Shown here piece after piece: positions 19,100 through 27,687 of a stretch of 64,000 bases of DNA. The stretch's first letter is position 1, and every line of letters begins with the position of its first letter. The translations under genes and the position numbers were made by a program. The stretch is taken from positions 15,813-79,812 of the forward strand of contig CAMDTO010000003.1 of assembly GCA_945907765.1 (NCBI GenBank). Direction: 5' to 3'. Source of the stretch: Thermoflexus hugenholtzii JAD2 (GTDB lineage: Bacteria > Chloroflexota > UBA11872 > UBA12225). The notes beneath the pieces are model-generated. The model ran no database searches. It worked only from the letters and a program-made list of their open reading frames with translations, and was not told the DNA's origin.

Positions 19100-20416
19100 T
19101 CAATCAGCCCAGATGTGGAATGCGTTTACAACGGAAGCGTAGTCCCATCCCGATGCCACAAGTTCGACGCGAATGATGCGCCACGGGCGAGGGGCAATCC
19201 CGAGAAGGCTTGTCTCGAAGCGGACCCAGTCCGAAGATGGAAGCCGATCGGCATCCCGGACCGGAAGGTTATCGTCATTGTGCCGGTAGAAGCCCCGGTA
19301 CCACGTGTGGACCGTGCCCGTGATATCCCGGTAGATCACTCTCAAGATGAGCGGATATTCAGTTCCTTGCCAGCCTCCACCAGATAGCGAGTGGCTGAGG
19401 ACGCGGACACTGGCCTCCACGTCCACTCTCTCGAAGTCCCAGAGATCGACATCGATGTTCTGGGCGATCATCGTCTCGCCATGCCCCTGACCGCGCCGCG
19501 CAAGCGTGATGGTGCCGGCTGTCGGGTGGTACGTCACCTCGCCCGGCGGATCCTGTTCGGAAATGTCGCGTTCGACCCAGTCAGCCGGCACATCACCATC
19601 TCTGTCGGCGAAGACAGGATTGGTCACGAGATCGCGACGCGAGGAGAGGCCTCCTATCGGGGGCCGGTTCGCAGTCGCGACAAGACGTTGACCGGTCAGC
19701 GCCGACGCGACATCGCCATTTGAATACCCGGTCGCCACACCACGTCGGGTCGTGACTTGAGACTGGTCCCCCGAAGCATCAATGGAGTAACTACCTTCAG
19801 TCACGTGCACCTGAGTGGACGGCGCACGCAGTTGCACGAATGCCTGAAACGGATCCTCTGCCGGCGCCACACCGATCCGTGCCCGCCCCTTGACCACTTC
19901 GAGGATCAGCGAATACCGGTCCGGTTGGAACCGTCCCTGCTGACTGCGGATGATCCGAAATGTCGAATCTGGAAAGACGAGTGCAGTACTGCCATCAAAG
20001 AACTGCATGAATGCACGGGCGTTTACCGCGGTGCGGATGACATCACCCTCGTCGAGGTCCTCGTTGGTCGGGGCGACGACCCAGTCACCAACCCCTTGCC
20101 TCTGCACGAATACGACGCTGTCGATGGACCGCATCGTGGACCCGCGCAGCTCAATTGCCCATCCGACGTACCAGGTTCGAACAAGGGGGCCCCCCACAAG
20201 CAGGGTAAGCAGGATCAACCCAGACGCGATGGTGACCCGCCACGCAATGCGCGAGGCATCGTTGACCGTGGCAGTGTAGGCGCTATAGGACTGGACGAAA
20301 GGCGCATACGCCGCGCGGACGGGCCCGGTGTCAGTTGCGCTGGTGGACGAACTGGCCTCAACCGGGTCATCAACCGCGGACACAGGAGTAGTCGGTGATG
20401 CGTCACTGATGGTCAT
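19100..20416 (-). CDS. Membrane-anchored FecR-domain protein with uncharacterised beta-rich C-terminal domain
   Basis: One TM (IASGLILLTLLVGGPLV). FecR-like core (GDVIRTAVNARAFMQFFDGSTALVFPDSTFRI ... V.V.EGS). The C-terminal ~150 aa shows no motif I recognise. Confidence 0.7.
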   Translation of the reverse strand: MTISDASPTTPVSAVDDPVEASSSTSATDTGPVRAAYAPFVQSYSAYTATVNDASRIAWRVTIASGLILLTLLVGGPLVRTWYVGWAIELRGSTMRSIDSVVFVQRQGVGDWVVAPTNEDLDEGDVIRTAVNARAFMQFFDGSTALVFPDSTFRIIRSQQGRFQPDRYSLILEVVKGRARIGVAPAEDPFQAFVQLRAPSTQVHVTEGSYSIDASGDQSQVTTRRGVATGYSNGDVASALTGQRLVATANRPPIGGLSSRRDLVTNPVFADRDGDVPADWVERDISEQDPPGEVTYHPTAGTITLARRGQGHGETMIAQNIDVDLWDFERVDVEASVRVLSHSLSGGGWQGTEYPLILRVIYRDITGTVHTWYRGFYRHNDDNLPVRDADRLPSSDWVRFETSLLGIAPRPWRIIRVELVASGWDYASVVNAFHIWAD

Positions 20417-20586
20417 GATGACCGGTCAAACCGAGTGTCGCACGACGGTGGCAGGTACTTCACAAGTCCCCGTCGGCACGGTGTCTCCACATCGTCAAGA
20501 ACGCATCGGTCGCCAAAAGGGGACATGATCACGTGGACGTGTCCGTCCGGCAGGGTTCTGCCGGACCCAAACCACCCCGCGCCAGA

Positions 20587-20727
20587 TTAGCCCGCGCGTT
20601 CCTTCTTGCGCTTGGACACCACCTCAACGGCCATCGAGGTTTCACCGACGGAGGACCTGACCGCCTTGGTCACGGCATCCTTCTTCGGCTTCTTCTTCTC
20701 TTTCTTGCCGGGTGCACCACTTGGCAT
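20587..20727 (-). CDS. Small (46 aa) highly basic protein, absent from the ORF track (<60 aa)
   Basis: MPSGAPGKKEKKKPKKDAVTKAVRSSVGETSMAVEVVSKRKKERAG. The ATG is preceded by GGGAGGAAATGTG (SD GGAGG). A perfect TATAAT lies on the same strand at 20762-20767. A hairpin (20547-20564) follows the stop. Confidence 0.55.
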   Translation of the reverse strand: MPSGAPGKKEKKKPKKDAVTKAVRSSVGETSMAVEVVSKRKKERAG

Positions 20728-20842
20728 CACATTTCCTCCCGACGACCCGCGTCGTCATTCGATTATAGGTGCGCGCAAAGTTGAGTAGTCCGACGCACTG
20801 AGCCACACCCCATCCCAACCCGGTACGATGTCGTCATCCCGT

Positions 20843-20926
20843 GCCGGGATGGCGGAACAGGCAGACGCAGCAGACTTAAAATCTGCCGCCTTAGCGGGCG
20901 TGCGGGTTCGAACCCCGCTCTCGGCA
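20843..20926 (+). tRNA. tRNA-Leu (TAA), long variable arm
   Basis: GCCGGGATGGCGGAACAGGCAGAC... Anticodon arm GCAGA-CTTAAAA-TCTGC. T-loop GGTTCGAAC. Acceptor GCCGGGA/TCTCGGC (one G-U pair)+A. No CCA encoded. Confidence 0.9.
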
Positions 20927-21056
20927 CCCGTTTCACCCCAACCGCACTCACCAAGCAGCGCGGCCATCAGGCCTCAGACGCACCCCCCCGCCCATCCCCA
21001 CCACGTCCTGGACGTCCGATGCATCCGCCAAGTGATGAACGGCTCCTGACCCCCGA

Positions 21057-21086
21057 TTGACATGTCTAGGCGACAGTTTGTAAGGT
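21057..21086 (+). promoter_or_regulatory. Candidate sigma70-type promoter (TTGACA-18 nt-TAAGGT) giving a near-leaderless mRNA for the XRE/PBP regulator
   Basis: TTGACA at 21057-21062 and TAAGGT at 21081-21086. The ATG at 21096 lies only 9 nt after the -10 element, and there is no SD. Confidence 0.35.
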
Positions 21087-21095
21087 TTTCCTGTC

Positions 21096-22196
21096 ATGAC
21101 TGGATCTGTCACATCCCGCATCCGCGCGATCCGCGAACACCGCGGCATTCCGCAGACTGCATTCTCCTGGCAAGTTGGGATCAGCCGTCAGTCATTGCAC
21201 GCGATCGAGGCCGGCCGTGCAATCCCGGGGGTCGACGTCGCATTGCGAATCGCCCGTGCTCTGGGCACGACCGTCGAACACCTGTTCCCCGTGGCAATCT
21301 CCACCGGTGCGGTCGACGTCGACGGACCCGCGGGAGTTCGCGCCTCAGGCAGGATGGCACTTGCCTACCTTTCCGGCCGGTGGGTCGCCTACCCACTCGG
21401 CCACGACGGTGCCCATGTCTCTGCCGATGCTATCGGCACCGCCAATGCTGACGGGTTTCACCTTGAGCATGTTCGCGACCCCCGCGAAAGTGCGCACAAC
21501 GTGATCCTGATGGGGTGCGCGACTGGCCTAGGCGTCCTTGCCGACCGCCTGAACGCGACAACCGGCACCGGGCGGTTCCTATGGATGGGACGATCCAGTA
21601 TCGCGTCCCTCGAATCACTGGCCGCCGAACGCACGCATGCCGCGGGTGTGCACCTGCTCGACGAAGCGTCCGGGATCGCAAACCTTCCCGACATCCGTCT
21701 ATCTCGGTGTCCGTCACCCGTCACCGTCGTCTCCCTCGGGTCGTGGGAGGCCGGTTTCGTCACCGCGCCCGGCAACCCCCTTGGTATTCGATCCGGCGCC
21801 GACCTGATCCAGCCAGGCATGCGCATCGCGATCCGTGAGGTCGGATCAGGCGCACGCCGAATGCTCGACCGCGAACTTCGCCGTAGCGGCGCACCTTCAA
21901 CTCTGCGCATGCCGGGTCCAATAGCATCGAGCCACCGTGACGTGGCCCATGCCATCGCAATCGGAGCGGCCGATGCCGGAGTGGCAACCCGCGACGTGGC
22001 AGCAGCGACCAGTCTGGGGTTCGTCCCGCTTGCGACGGAACGCTACGACCTTGTCTTACCCACTGCGTTGCTCGCCGACCCTCGCATCGCCCGGCTGTTG
22101 GACACCCTCACCAGTCACGCGTGCCGTCGTGACCTCCAGGCACTTGGCTACGACACCGCCGAGACCGGCAGGCACATTGCCGACATCGCCGCCTGA
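21096..22196 (+). CDS. XRE-type HTH regulator fused to a periplasmic-binding-protein-like (molybdate/tungstate-sensing type) domain
   Basis: N-terminus IRAIREHRGIPQTAFSWQVGISRQSLHAIEAGRAIPGVDVALRIARALG (XRE HTH). C-terminus has a PBP-like pattern (WEAGFVTAPGNPLGIRSGADL...IAIREVGSGAR...AIGAADAGVATRDVA...GFVPLATERYDLVLP). Sits directly upstream of modA. Confidence 0.7.
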   Translation: MTGSVTSRIRAIREHRGIPQTAFSWQVGISRQSLHAIEAGRAIPGVDVALRIARALGTTVEHLFPVAISTGAVDVDGPAGVRASGRMALAYLSGRWVAYPLGHDGAHVSADAIGTANADGFHLEHVRDPRESAHNVILMGCATGLGVLADRLNATTGTGRFLWMGRSSIASLESLAAERTHAAGVHLLDEASGIANLPDIRLSRCPSPVTVVSLGSWEAGFVTAPGNPLGIRSGADLIQPGMRIAIREVGSGARRMLDRELRRSGAPSTLRMPGPIASSHRDVAHAIAIGAADAGVATRDVAAATSLGFVPLATERYDLVLPTALLADPRIARLLDTLTSHACRRDLQALGYDTAETGRHIADIAA

Positions 22197-22215
22197 ACGG
22201 GCACCTGAAACCCGA

Positions 22216-23097
22216 ATGCAAACGCGGCGCACGTTCATCGCACTTCTCGCGACACCCGGCATCCTCGCCGCCTGTGGTGGCACGGATGCACCCGCAACCG
22301 CCCACAAGCCGACAGCACCGATCACGCCAACCGAAGCGCAAATCACGCCAACCGCGGTTCCCGTCGCCGAGCCAAAGGAAGTCGTCGTCTTCGCCGCCTC
22401 GTCGCTCGCGAACGTGTTCGACCAAGTGTGGACCGCATTCAGGGCCCAAGCGGGCAATGAGGGACTGGCAATCACCGCAAATTACGGATCATCGAGCCAA
22501 CTCCGCACCCAACTTCTGGAAGGCGCAAAGGCGGACATCTTCGCCTCCGCGGACCTCCTCCAGATGGAACAGGTGAAGAAGGCCGGCCTCGTCGACGTCG
22601 ACGGAGTCGCCAAGGTCTTTGCCCGCAACCGGCTAGTCTTAATCGTCCCGAAGGGCAACCCCGGCAAGGTCACCACCCTTGCCGACCTCGCCAAGCCTGG
22701 CGTCAAGTTCGTCACGACAGCGGCAGACGTTCCGATCGGTGCCTATGCGCGCACCGCACTCAAGAACCTCGCGTCCGACCCGGCGAACGGCGACGGGTAC
22801 GACGCCAAGGTCCTTGCCAACATCGTGTCAGAGGAAGCCAATGTCCGTCATATCGTGGTAAAGGTCCAGTTGGGCGAAGCCGATGCTGGGATTTGTTACG
22901 CGACCGACGTCCCCGCCGTGCCCGCCGGCGGGGTGACAACCATCGACATCCCGGACGCCGCAAATGTCGTCGCCGAGTACCCGATCGCAGTGCTCAAGTC
23001 GGCGAAGGCCCCGGCGACCGCGCGCCGGCTCATATCGTTTATCAGTTCACCCGCCGGACAGGCCATTCTCGTGACCGCGAAGTTCAAGCCAGCGTGA
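22216..23097 (+). CDS. modA: Molybdate ABC transporter substrate-binding lipoprotein
   Basis: MQTRRTFIALLATPGILAACGG (lipobox). VFAASSL...NYGSSSQLRTQLLEGAKADIFASAD...EYPIAVLK. Start trimmed from the track ORF at 21937, which overlaps the regulator gene. Confidence 0.88.
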   Translation: MQTRRTFIALLATPGILAACGGTDAPATAHKPTAPITPTEAQITPTAVPVAEPKEVVVFAASSLANVFDQVWTAFRAQAGNEGLAITANYGSSSQLRTQLLEGAKADIFASADLLQMEQVKKAGLVDVDGVAKVFARNRLVLIVPKGNPGKVTTLADLAKPGVKFVTTAADVPIGAYARTALKNLASDPANGDGYDAKVLANIVSEEANVRHIVVKVQLGEADAGICYATDVPAVPAGGVTTIDIPDAANVVAEYPIAVLKSAKAPATARRLISFISSPAGQAILVTAKFKPA

Positions 23098-23170
23098 TGC
23101 ACGCGGTGTCAGGATGGGTCCTCCGCACAACTGCCCGGTGTGAGTTGCACCGTGACCGGCGTGGCCGATC

Positions 23171-23965
23171 ATGACCCCCGGCATGCCCCGCTGGTCACCA
23201 ATCGCCGCAGCGATCAGTGTCGGTGGGTTCATTGGACTACCAACAGTTGCGTTGCTCATCCGGGCCGCATCTGTCGATCCATTCGCCACCGGCAGCCGAC
23301 CTGATGCACTCGCCAGCGCCGTTTGGTTATCAATCGCGACATCAGTCTTGACCCTCATCATCGCGATCATCGTCGGTACACCGGCAGCCTTCGCGCTCGC
23401 ACGCGTGCCTTTTCCGGGCCGGAGCCTGGCGAATGCCCTGGTTGATGTGCCGGTCATCCTGCCACCGGCTGTCGCCGGTCTCGCCCTTTTGCTTGCTTTC
23501 GGTCGCCGGGGCCTCGTAGGTTCGTGGTTAGCCGATGCCGGGATCACCCTCGCGTTCTCCACGACTGGTGTGGTCCTGGCGCAGTGCTTTGTCGCGATCC
23601 CCTTCTACGTGAGGACGGCGCGTGCTGCATTCCTGCGTGCCGATCGCGACCTTGAGGCCGCGGCAATGATCGACGGCGCAACCGGATGGGGTGCATTCCG
23701 GCACGTCACGGTTCCTCTCTCCCGTCCGGCACTCGTGGCTGGCGCGATCCTCTGCTGGTCACGAGCCGTAGGGGAGTTCGGCGCAACCCTGATGTTCGCG
23801 GGTTCACTCCGCGGACGAACCCAAACGATGCCTCTGGCAATCTACGCGCTTCTGGATTCAGACCTGGATGGCGCGGTCCTGCTCGGTGGCGCATTTGTCA
23901 CGGTCGCAGTCGCCATTCTCGGCATAACAGCATTGTTCACGAGTGCCAAGCCAATCGCCGAGTAA
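23171..23965 (+). CDS. modB: Molybdate ABC transporter permease
   Basis: Multi-TM protein with EAA loop (LEAAAMIDGATGWGAFRHVTVPLSRPAL) and FGATLMFAGSLRGRTQTMPLAIY, typical of ModB/CysTW. Confidence 0.88.
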   Translation: MTPGMPRWSPIAAAISVGGFIGLPTVALLIRAASVDPFATGSRPDALASAVWLSIATSVLTLIIAIIVGTPAAFALARVPFPGRSLANALVDVPVILPPAVAGLALLLAFGRRGLVGSWLADAGITLAFSTTGVVLAQCFVAIPFYVRTARAAFLRADRDLEAAAMIDGATGWGAFRHVTVPLSRPALVAGAILCWSRAVGEFGATLMFAGSLRGRTQTMPLAIYALLDSDLDGAVLLGGAFVTVAVAILGITALFTSAKPIAE

Positions 23966-23987
23966 CTCACTCGGCTAGCAGAGAGGG

Positions 23988-24058
23988 AGGTGACGGCCGG
24001 AATTGAACCGGCGATAGAGCTTTTGCAGAGCCCCGCCTTACCACTTGGCTACGTCACC
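23988..24058 (-). tRNA. tRNA-Cys (GCA)
   Basis: Reverse complement is GGTGACGTAGCCAAGTGGTAAGGCGGGGCTCTGCAAAAGCTCTATCGCCGGTTCAATTCCGGCCGTCACCT. Acceptor GGTGACG/CGTCACC, discriminator U, anticodon loop CTGCAAA. Confidence 0.9.
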
Positions 24059-24139
24059 CTGATTGGCGGACCATTGGGTGATCCACCGATACCTGACTGT
24101 CTCGTGAATAACCCCGGCGACTGGCCACGAGTAGAGGGG

Positions 24140-24211
24140 AGCGGAAGACGGGGGTTGAACCCGCGACCTTCTCCTTGGCAAGGAGACGCGCTACCACTGC
24201 GCCACTTCCGC
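24140..24211 (-). tRNA. tRNA-Gly (GCC)
   Basis: Reverse complement is GCGGAAGTGGCGCAGTGGTAGCGCGTCTCCTTGCCAAGGAGAAGGTCGCGGGTTCAACCCCCGTCTTCCGCT. Anticodon arm TCTCC-TTGCCAA-GGAGA, discriminator U. Confidence 0.92.
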
Positions 24212-24283
24212 ATACGATGGTGGCATCGCTTGCCACCCCATAGATCATACGACGCACGCTGAACCGGCCGCAACCGGTGTCCC

Positions 24284-24997
24284 TCACGACGCGGTGCTGT
24301 CGGCTTCTGGTTCCGCGCACATCACCCCAATGCCGGGGACCGTCCGAAGCAGGACTGGGTTCGCCGGATCATCCTCAACCTTGCGCCTTAACCTATGAAC
24401 CGTGACGCGCACAATGTCTGCCGCATCAGCGTCGTCATAGCCCCACACGGTCCGGAGCAGGGTCTTCGTCGGGACAACCACGCCTTGGCGCTCCATCAGG
24501 CACTTCAACAGTTTGAACTCGGTGACTGTCAGCTTGATCTTGTCGCCGTTTTTCGTCGCGACGTGAGTTGGCACGTCAATCGTCAAGGGTCCAACCGTGA
24601 ACCGCGTCTCGACTGGCGAAGCCGGTTCAGCAACAGCCTGGTTACGGCGAATGTTCGCCCGGATGCGCGCCACCAGCTCCCGGCTACTGAAGGGCTTGGT
24701 CACATAGTCATCAGCGCCCAACTCGAGCCCGGTGATCTTGTCATCCTCGCTGGCGCGCCCGGTAAGGAGGATCACAGGTATCTGGCTGCGTGATCGAAGG
24801 TCACGCAGCAGATCAAACCCATTCCACGCCCCAAGGTTGATATCCAGAAGGATGAGATCTGGCAGGGAGGCCTCCTGCATGCGCCGGTTCACCGACGGGG
24901 CGTCATAGGCGCGGGTGACCGTGAACCCGGCCCTGCGAAGCGCAACCGACACGAACTCCACAAGACCCCGGTCGTCATCGACAATAAGGATTTCCAT
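24284..24997 (-). CDS. OmpR/PhoB-type response regulator (receiver + winged helix)
   Basis: MEILIVDDD...DLILLDINL...PVILLTGR...GADDYVTKPFSSRELVARI, and C-terminal LTVTEFKLLKCLM...VWGY......V.VHRLRRKVE. Confidence 0.9.
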   Translation of the reverse strand: MEILIVDDDRGLVEFVSVALRRAGFTVTRAYDAPSVNRRMQEASLPDLILLDINLGAWNGFDLLRDLRSRSQIPVILLTGRASEDDKITGLELGADDYVTKPFSSRELVARIRANIRRNQAVAEPASPVETRFTVGPLTIDVPTHVATKNGDKIKLTVTEFKLLKCLMERQGVVVPTKTLLRTVWGYDDADAADIVRVTVHRLRRKVEDDPANPVLLRTVPGIGVMCAEPEADSTAS

Positions 24998-25129
24998 AAA
25001 GAAATTTTCCGTCCGGAATGTATTCTAGCGAACGCGGTGAGTCCAAGCTCATTCTTCAACGGAACATCAGCCGGCTTTGTGCGAGATATCTAACGAAGTT
25101 CAAGGTCGCAGTTCTGAAACCCGCCGCAC

Positions 25130-25158
25130 TTGATTACTTCCCTTCTCTCTGCAACAAT
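25130..25158 (+). promoter_or_regulatory. Candidate promoter of the branched-chain amino-acid ABC operon (TTGATT-17 nt-AACAAT)
   Basis: Lies in the lower-GC divergent region between the response regulator gene and the SBP gene. The hexamer match is only moderate. Confidence 0.25.
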
Positions 25159-25225
25159 GGGCTATTACCATGGGGTAGTACAGGAGAGACGCCCGGTCCG
25201 AAGCTGCGCGTCAGGGGGATGCTAC

Positions 25226-26482
25226 GTGGACCAGATTGCGCCAAAGTCACGCCGTTCATTGCTCAAGACTGCGACCGCAGTCGCTGGCGCCGTTGCCGGA
25301 AGCTCACTCCCGAGCTTGGTGAGGGCTTCTCCGGCCACTCAGGGTGTCGAGATCATCAAGATCATCAGTAGCCTGCCGTTGACTGGACCGAGCTACGGGC
25401 AGTCCATTTCGGTCGTCAATGCAATCCGCATGGCAATCGAGGAAGCCGGGCGCAAGGCCGGCAACTTCATCATCGAGTACGAGGCCCTCGACGATGCCAC
25501 GGCTGCGGCCGCGAAGTGGATGGCGGAGAAGGAAGCGGAGAACGCAAACAAGGCAATCAACGATCCCGACACCATGGTGTACATCGGGACCATGAACTCC
25601 GGAGCGGCTAAGGTCAGCATCCCAATCCTCAATCAGGCCAACTTGGTGATGATCAGCCCCGCGAACACCTACCCGGGGCTCACCAAGCCAGGCAAGGGCG
25701 AGGCGAACGAGCCCGATGTTTACTATCCCAGTGGCGTGCGCAACTACACGCGCGTCGTTCCTGCCGACGATCTGCAGGGCGCGGTCGGTGCAAACTGGGC
25801 CAAGAAGCTCGGCGCCAAGACCGCCTACGTCATCGACGACACGGAACTCTATGGCAAGGGCATTGCTGACGTATTCGTAGGCACCGCTGAGAAGATCGGC
25901 ATCAAGCTGGTCGGTCGCTCCGGCATCGACGGCAAGGCTTCCGACTATCGTGCGGTCGCAACCAACGTCCGCGCCCTCAACCCCGATGTCGTCTACTTCG
26001 GCGGAATTACGGATAACAACGCTGCCAAGGTCTTGAAGGACCTTCGCGATGGTGGCTTCGAGGGAAGCTTCATCGGGCCGGACGGCATCTTTGACACTAC
26101 TTTCCTGAAGACCGCCGGCGACGCGGCCGAGGGTGCGTATTGCACCTTCGGTGGTGTTGCCGTGTCCTCGTACGAAGGGTCGGCCAAGGAATTCGCCGAG
26201 AAGTACAAGGCTGCCTACAACGCCGATCCCGAGGCGTACGCAATCTACGGGTACGAGGCAGCCAAGGTTGCGCTCGCTGCCATCACTGCTGCGGGTGTGA
26301 AGGACCGCTCCAAGATCCGCGATGCAGTCTTTGCAACCAAGGACTTCAAGGGCATCCTGGGCACGTGGGGCTTCGATGCGAATGGGGACACCTCGGTGAC
26401 AACCATGAGTGTCAGCATCGCCAAGCGTCTTGACGATGGAACGCTCTCTTGGGAGAAGGTGGAGATCCTGACCGCCGGCTAA
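25226..26482 (+). CDS. Branched-chain amino-acid (Leu/Ile/Val-type) ABC substrate-binding protein with Tat-like signal
   Basis: GTG at 25226 sits 6 nt after AGGGGGA. The N-terminus VDQIAPKSRRSLLKTATAVAGAVAGSSLPSLVRA has a twin-arginine signal. The type-1 PBP body (YIGTMNSGAAKVSIPILNQANLVMISPANTYPGLT) is LivJ/K-like. Confidence 0.85.
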   Translation: MDQIAPKSRRSLLKTATAVAGAVAGSSLPSLVRASPATQGVEIIKIISSLPLTGPSYGQSISVVNAIRMAIEEAGRKAGNFIIEYEALDDATAAAAKWMAEKEAENANKAINDPDTMVYIGTMNSGAAKVSIPILNQANLVMISPANTYPGLTKPGKGEANEPDVYYPSGVRNYTRVVPADDLQGAVGANWAKKLGAKTAYVIDDTELYGKGIADVFVGTAEKIGIKLVGRSGIDGKASDYRAVATNVRALNPDVVYFGGITDNNAAKVLKDLRDGGFEGSFIGPDGIFDTTFLKTAGDAAEGAYCTFGGVAVSSYEGSAKEFAEKYKAAYNADPEAYAIYGYEAAKVALAAITAAGVKDRSKIRDAVFATKDFKGILGTWGFDANGDTSVTTMSVSIAKRLDDGTLSWEKVEILTAG

Positions 26483-26544
26483 TTCGCAGCAGTCGCCACC
26501 TCTTCTGGATGCGGCGTTGCCTTAGCAGCTGACACTTGCGCGAG

Positions 26545-26586
26545 GCTGACACGATACAACGCAGGTGTATCGTGTCAGCTTTTTTC
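26545..26586 (+). terminator. Rho-independent terminator/attenuator between the SBP gene and the permease genes
   Basis: Perfect 14-bp stem GCTGACACGATACA/TGTATCGTGTCAGC, 7-nt loop, then TTTTTT. Confidence 0.75.
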
Positions 26587-26669
26587 GATCGCAATTCTCA
26601 AGATCAATTTCAATGAACTTGCTGCGATGAGTCGCCAAGTAGCTTCTCTCTCGATGGAGCCGTCTACAG

Positions 26670-27677
26670 ATGTTGACGTTTGAATATTTCTTACAGCAAC
26701 TCGTCACTGGGTTGGCTAACGGGATGCTTATTACTCTTGTTGCCATTGGGTACACGTTGGTATACGGCATCGTCGAGATGATCAACTTCGCGCATGGCGA
26801 CGTGTTCATGCTTGGCGCATTCTCTTCGCTGACGACACTGCAAGCCTTGGGGGCGCAAGCAGTCAAGCGGGTCGCCAACAAGGACCAGCCGCCCATTCCG
26901 GAAACTTATCTTTGGATGGTGATCGCACTCATTACCTCAATGGTGTTCTGTGCAACACTGAATGTGCTCATTGAGCGAGTAGCGTACCGACGCCTCAGAC
27001 GCGGTTCCCGGTTGGCACCGCTCATCTCCGCAATCGGTGTGTCGTTCATCCTCCAGAATGTTGGCATTTACTGGAAAGGTGTTTCACCAGTCAACTTTCC
27101 GCGCTACATTCCCCAGATTGACCTTGTGAAGGCAATGGGGATTGACAGCTTCGTGCGGGTCACGACCAAGGACATTTTCGTGTTCGTCGTCACGGTCCCG
27201 TTGGTTATCGCACTGTCTCTGTTCATTCAGAGAACCAAGCTCGGCAAGGCAATGCGTGCGACGGCGCAGGATCGGGATGCGGCCCAACTGATGGGGATAG
27301 ACATCAACCGGACCATTGCCCTGACCTTCCTGCTCGGTGGAGCCCTCGCGGGCGCTGCCGGGCTTGTTTCAGGCCTCTACAACAACACTGCCGGGTTCCA
27401 GATGGGCTTCAGTTATGGCCTGAACTCGTTCACCGCAGCGGTCCTTGGCGGGATCGGCAACCTGAACGGTGCCATGCTTGGTGGCGTGTTCATTGGCATC
27501 CTCGCCGCGATGAGCGACGGATACCTGGACGCACGATGGACCCCGGTGGTCATCTTCGGCATCCTGAACCTCGTGCTCATCATCCGCCCATCCGGCATCC
27601 TGGGCCAGGATCTGGCCGAACGCGCGGAGCATGCGAACCCGCCCGCACCGCACCCCCGGTACGGGCGCCTGATGTGA
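26670..27677 (+). CDS. livH: Branched-chain amino-acid ABC permease
   Basis: MLTFEYFLQQLVTGLANGMLITLVAIGYTLVYGIVEMINFAHGD is the classic LivH N-terminus. Multi-TM protein. Confidence 0.88.
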   Translation: MLTFEYFLQQLVTGLANGMLITLVAIGYTLVYGIVEMINFAHGDVFMLGAFSSLTTLQALGAQAVKRVANKDQPPIPETYLWMVIALITSMVFCATLNVLIERVAYRRLRRGSRLAPLISAIGVSFILQNVGIYWKGVSPVNFPRYIPQIDLVKAMGIDSFVRVTTKDIFVFVVTVPLVIALSLFIQRTKLGKAMRATAQDRDAAQLMGIDINRTIALTFLLGGALAGAAGLVSGLYNNTAGFQMGFSYGLNSFTAAVLGGIGNLNGAMLGGVFIGILAAMSDGYLDARWTPVVIFGILNLVLIIRPSGILGQDLAERAEHANPPAPHPRYGRLM

Positions 27678-27687
27678 GGCAACGAAG

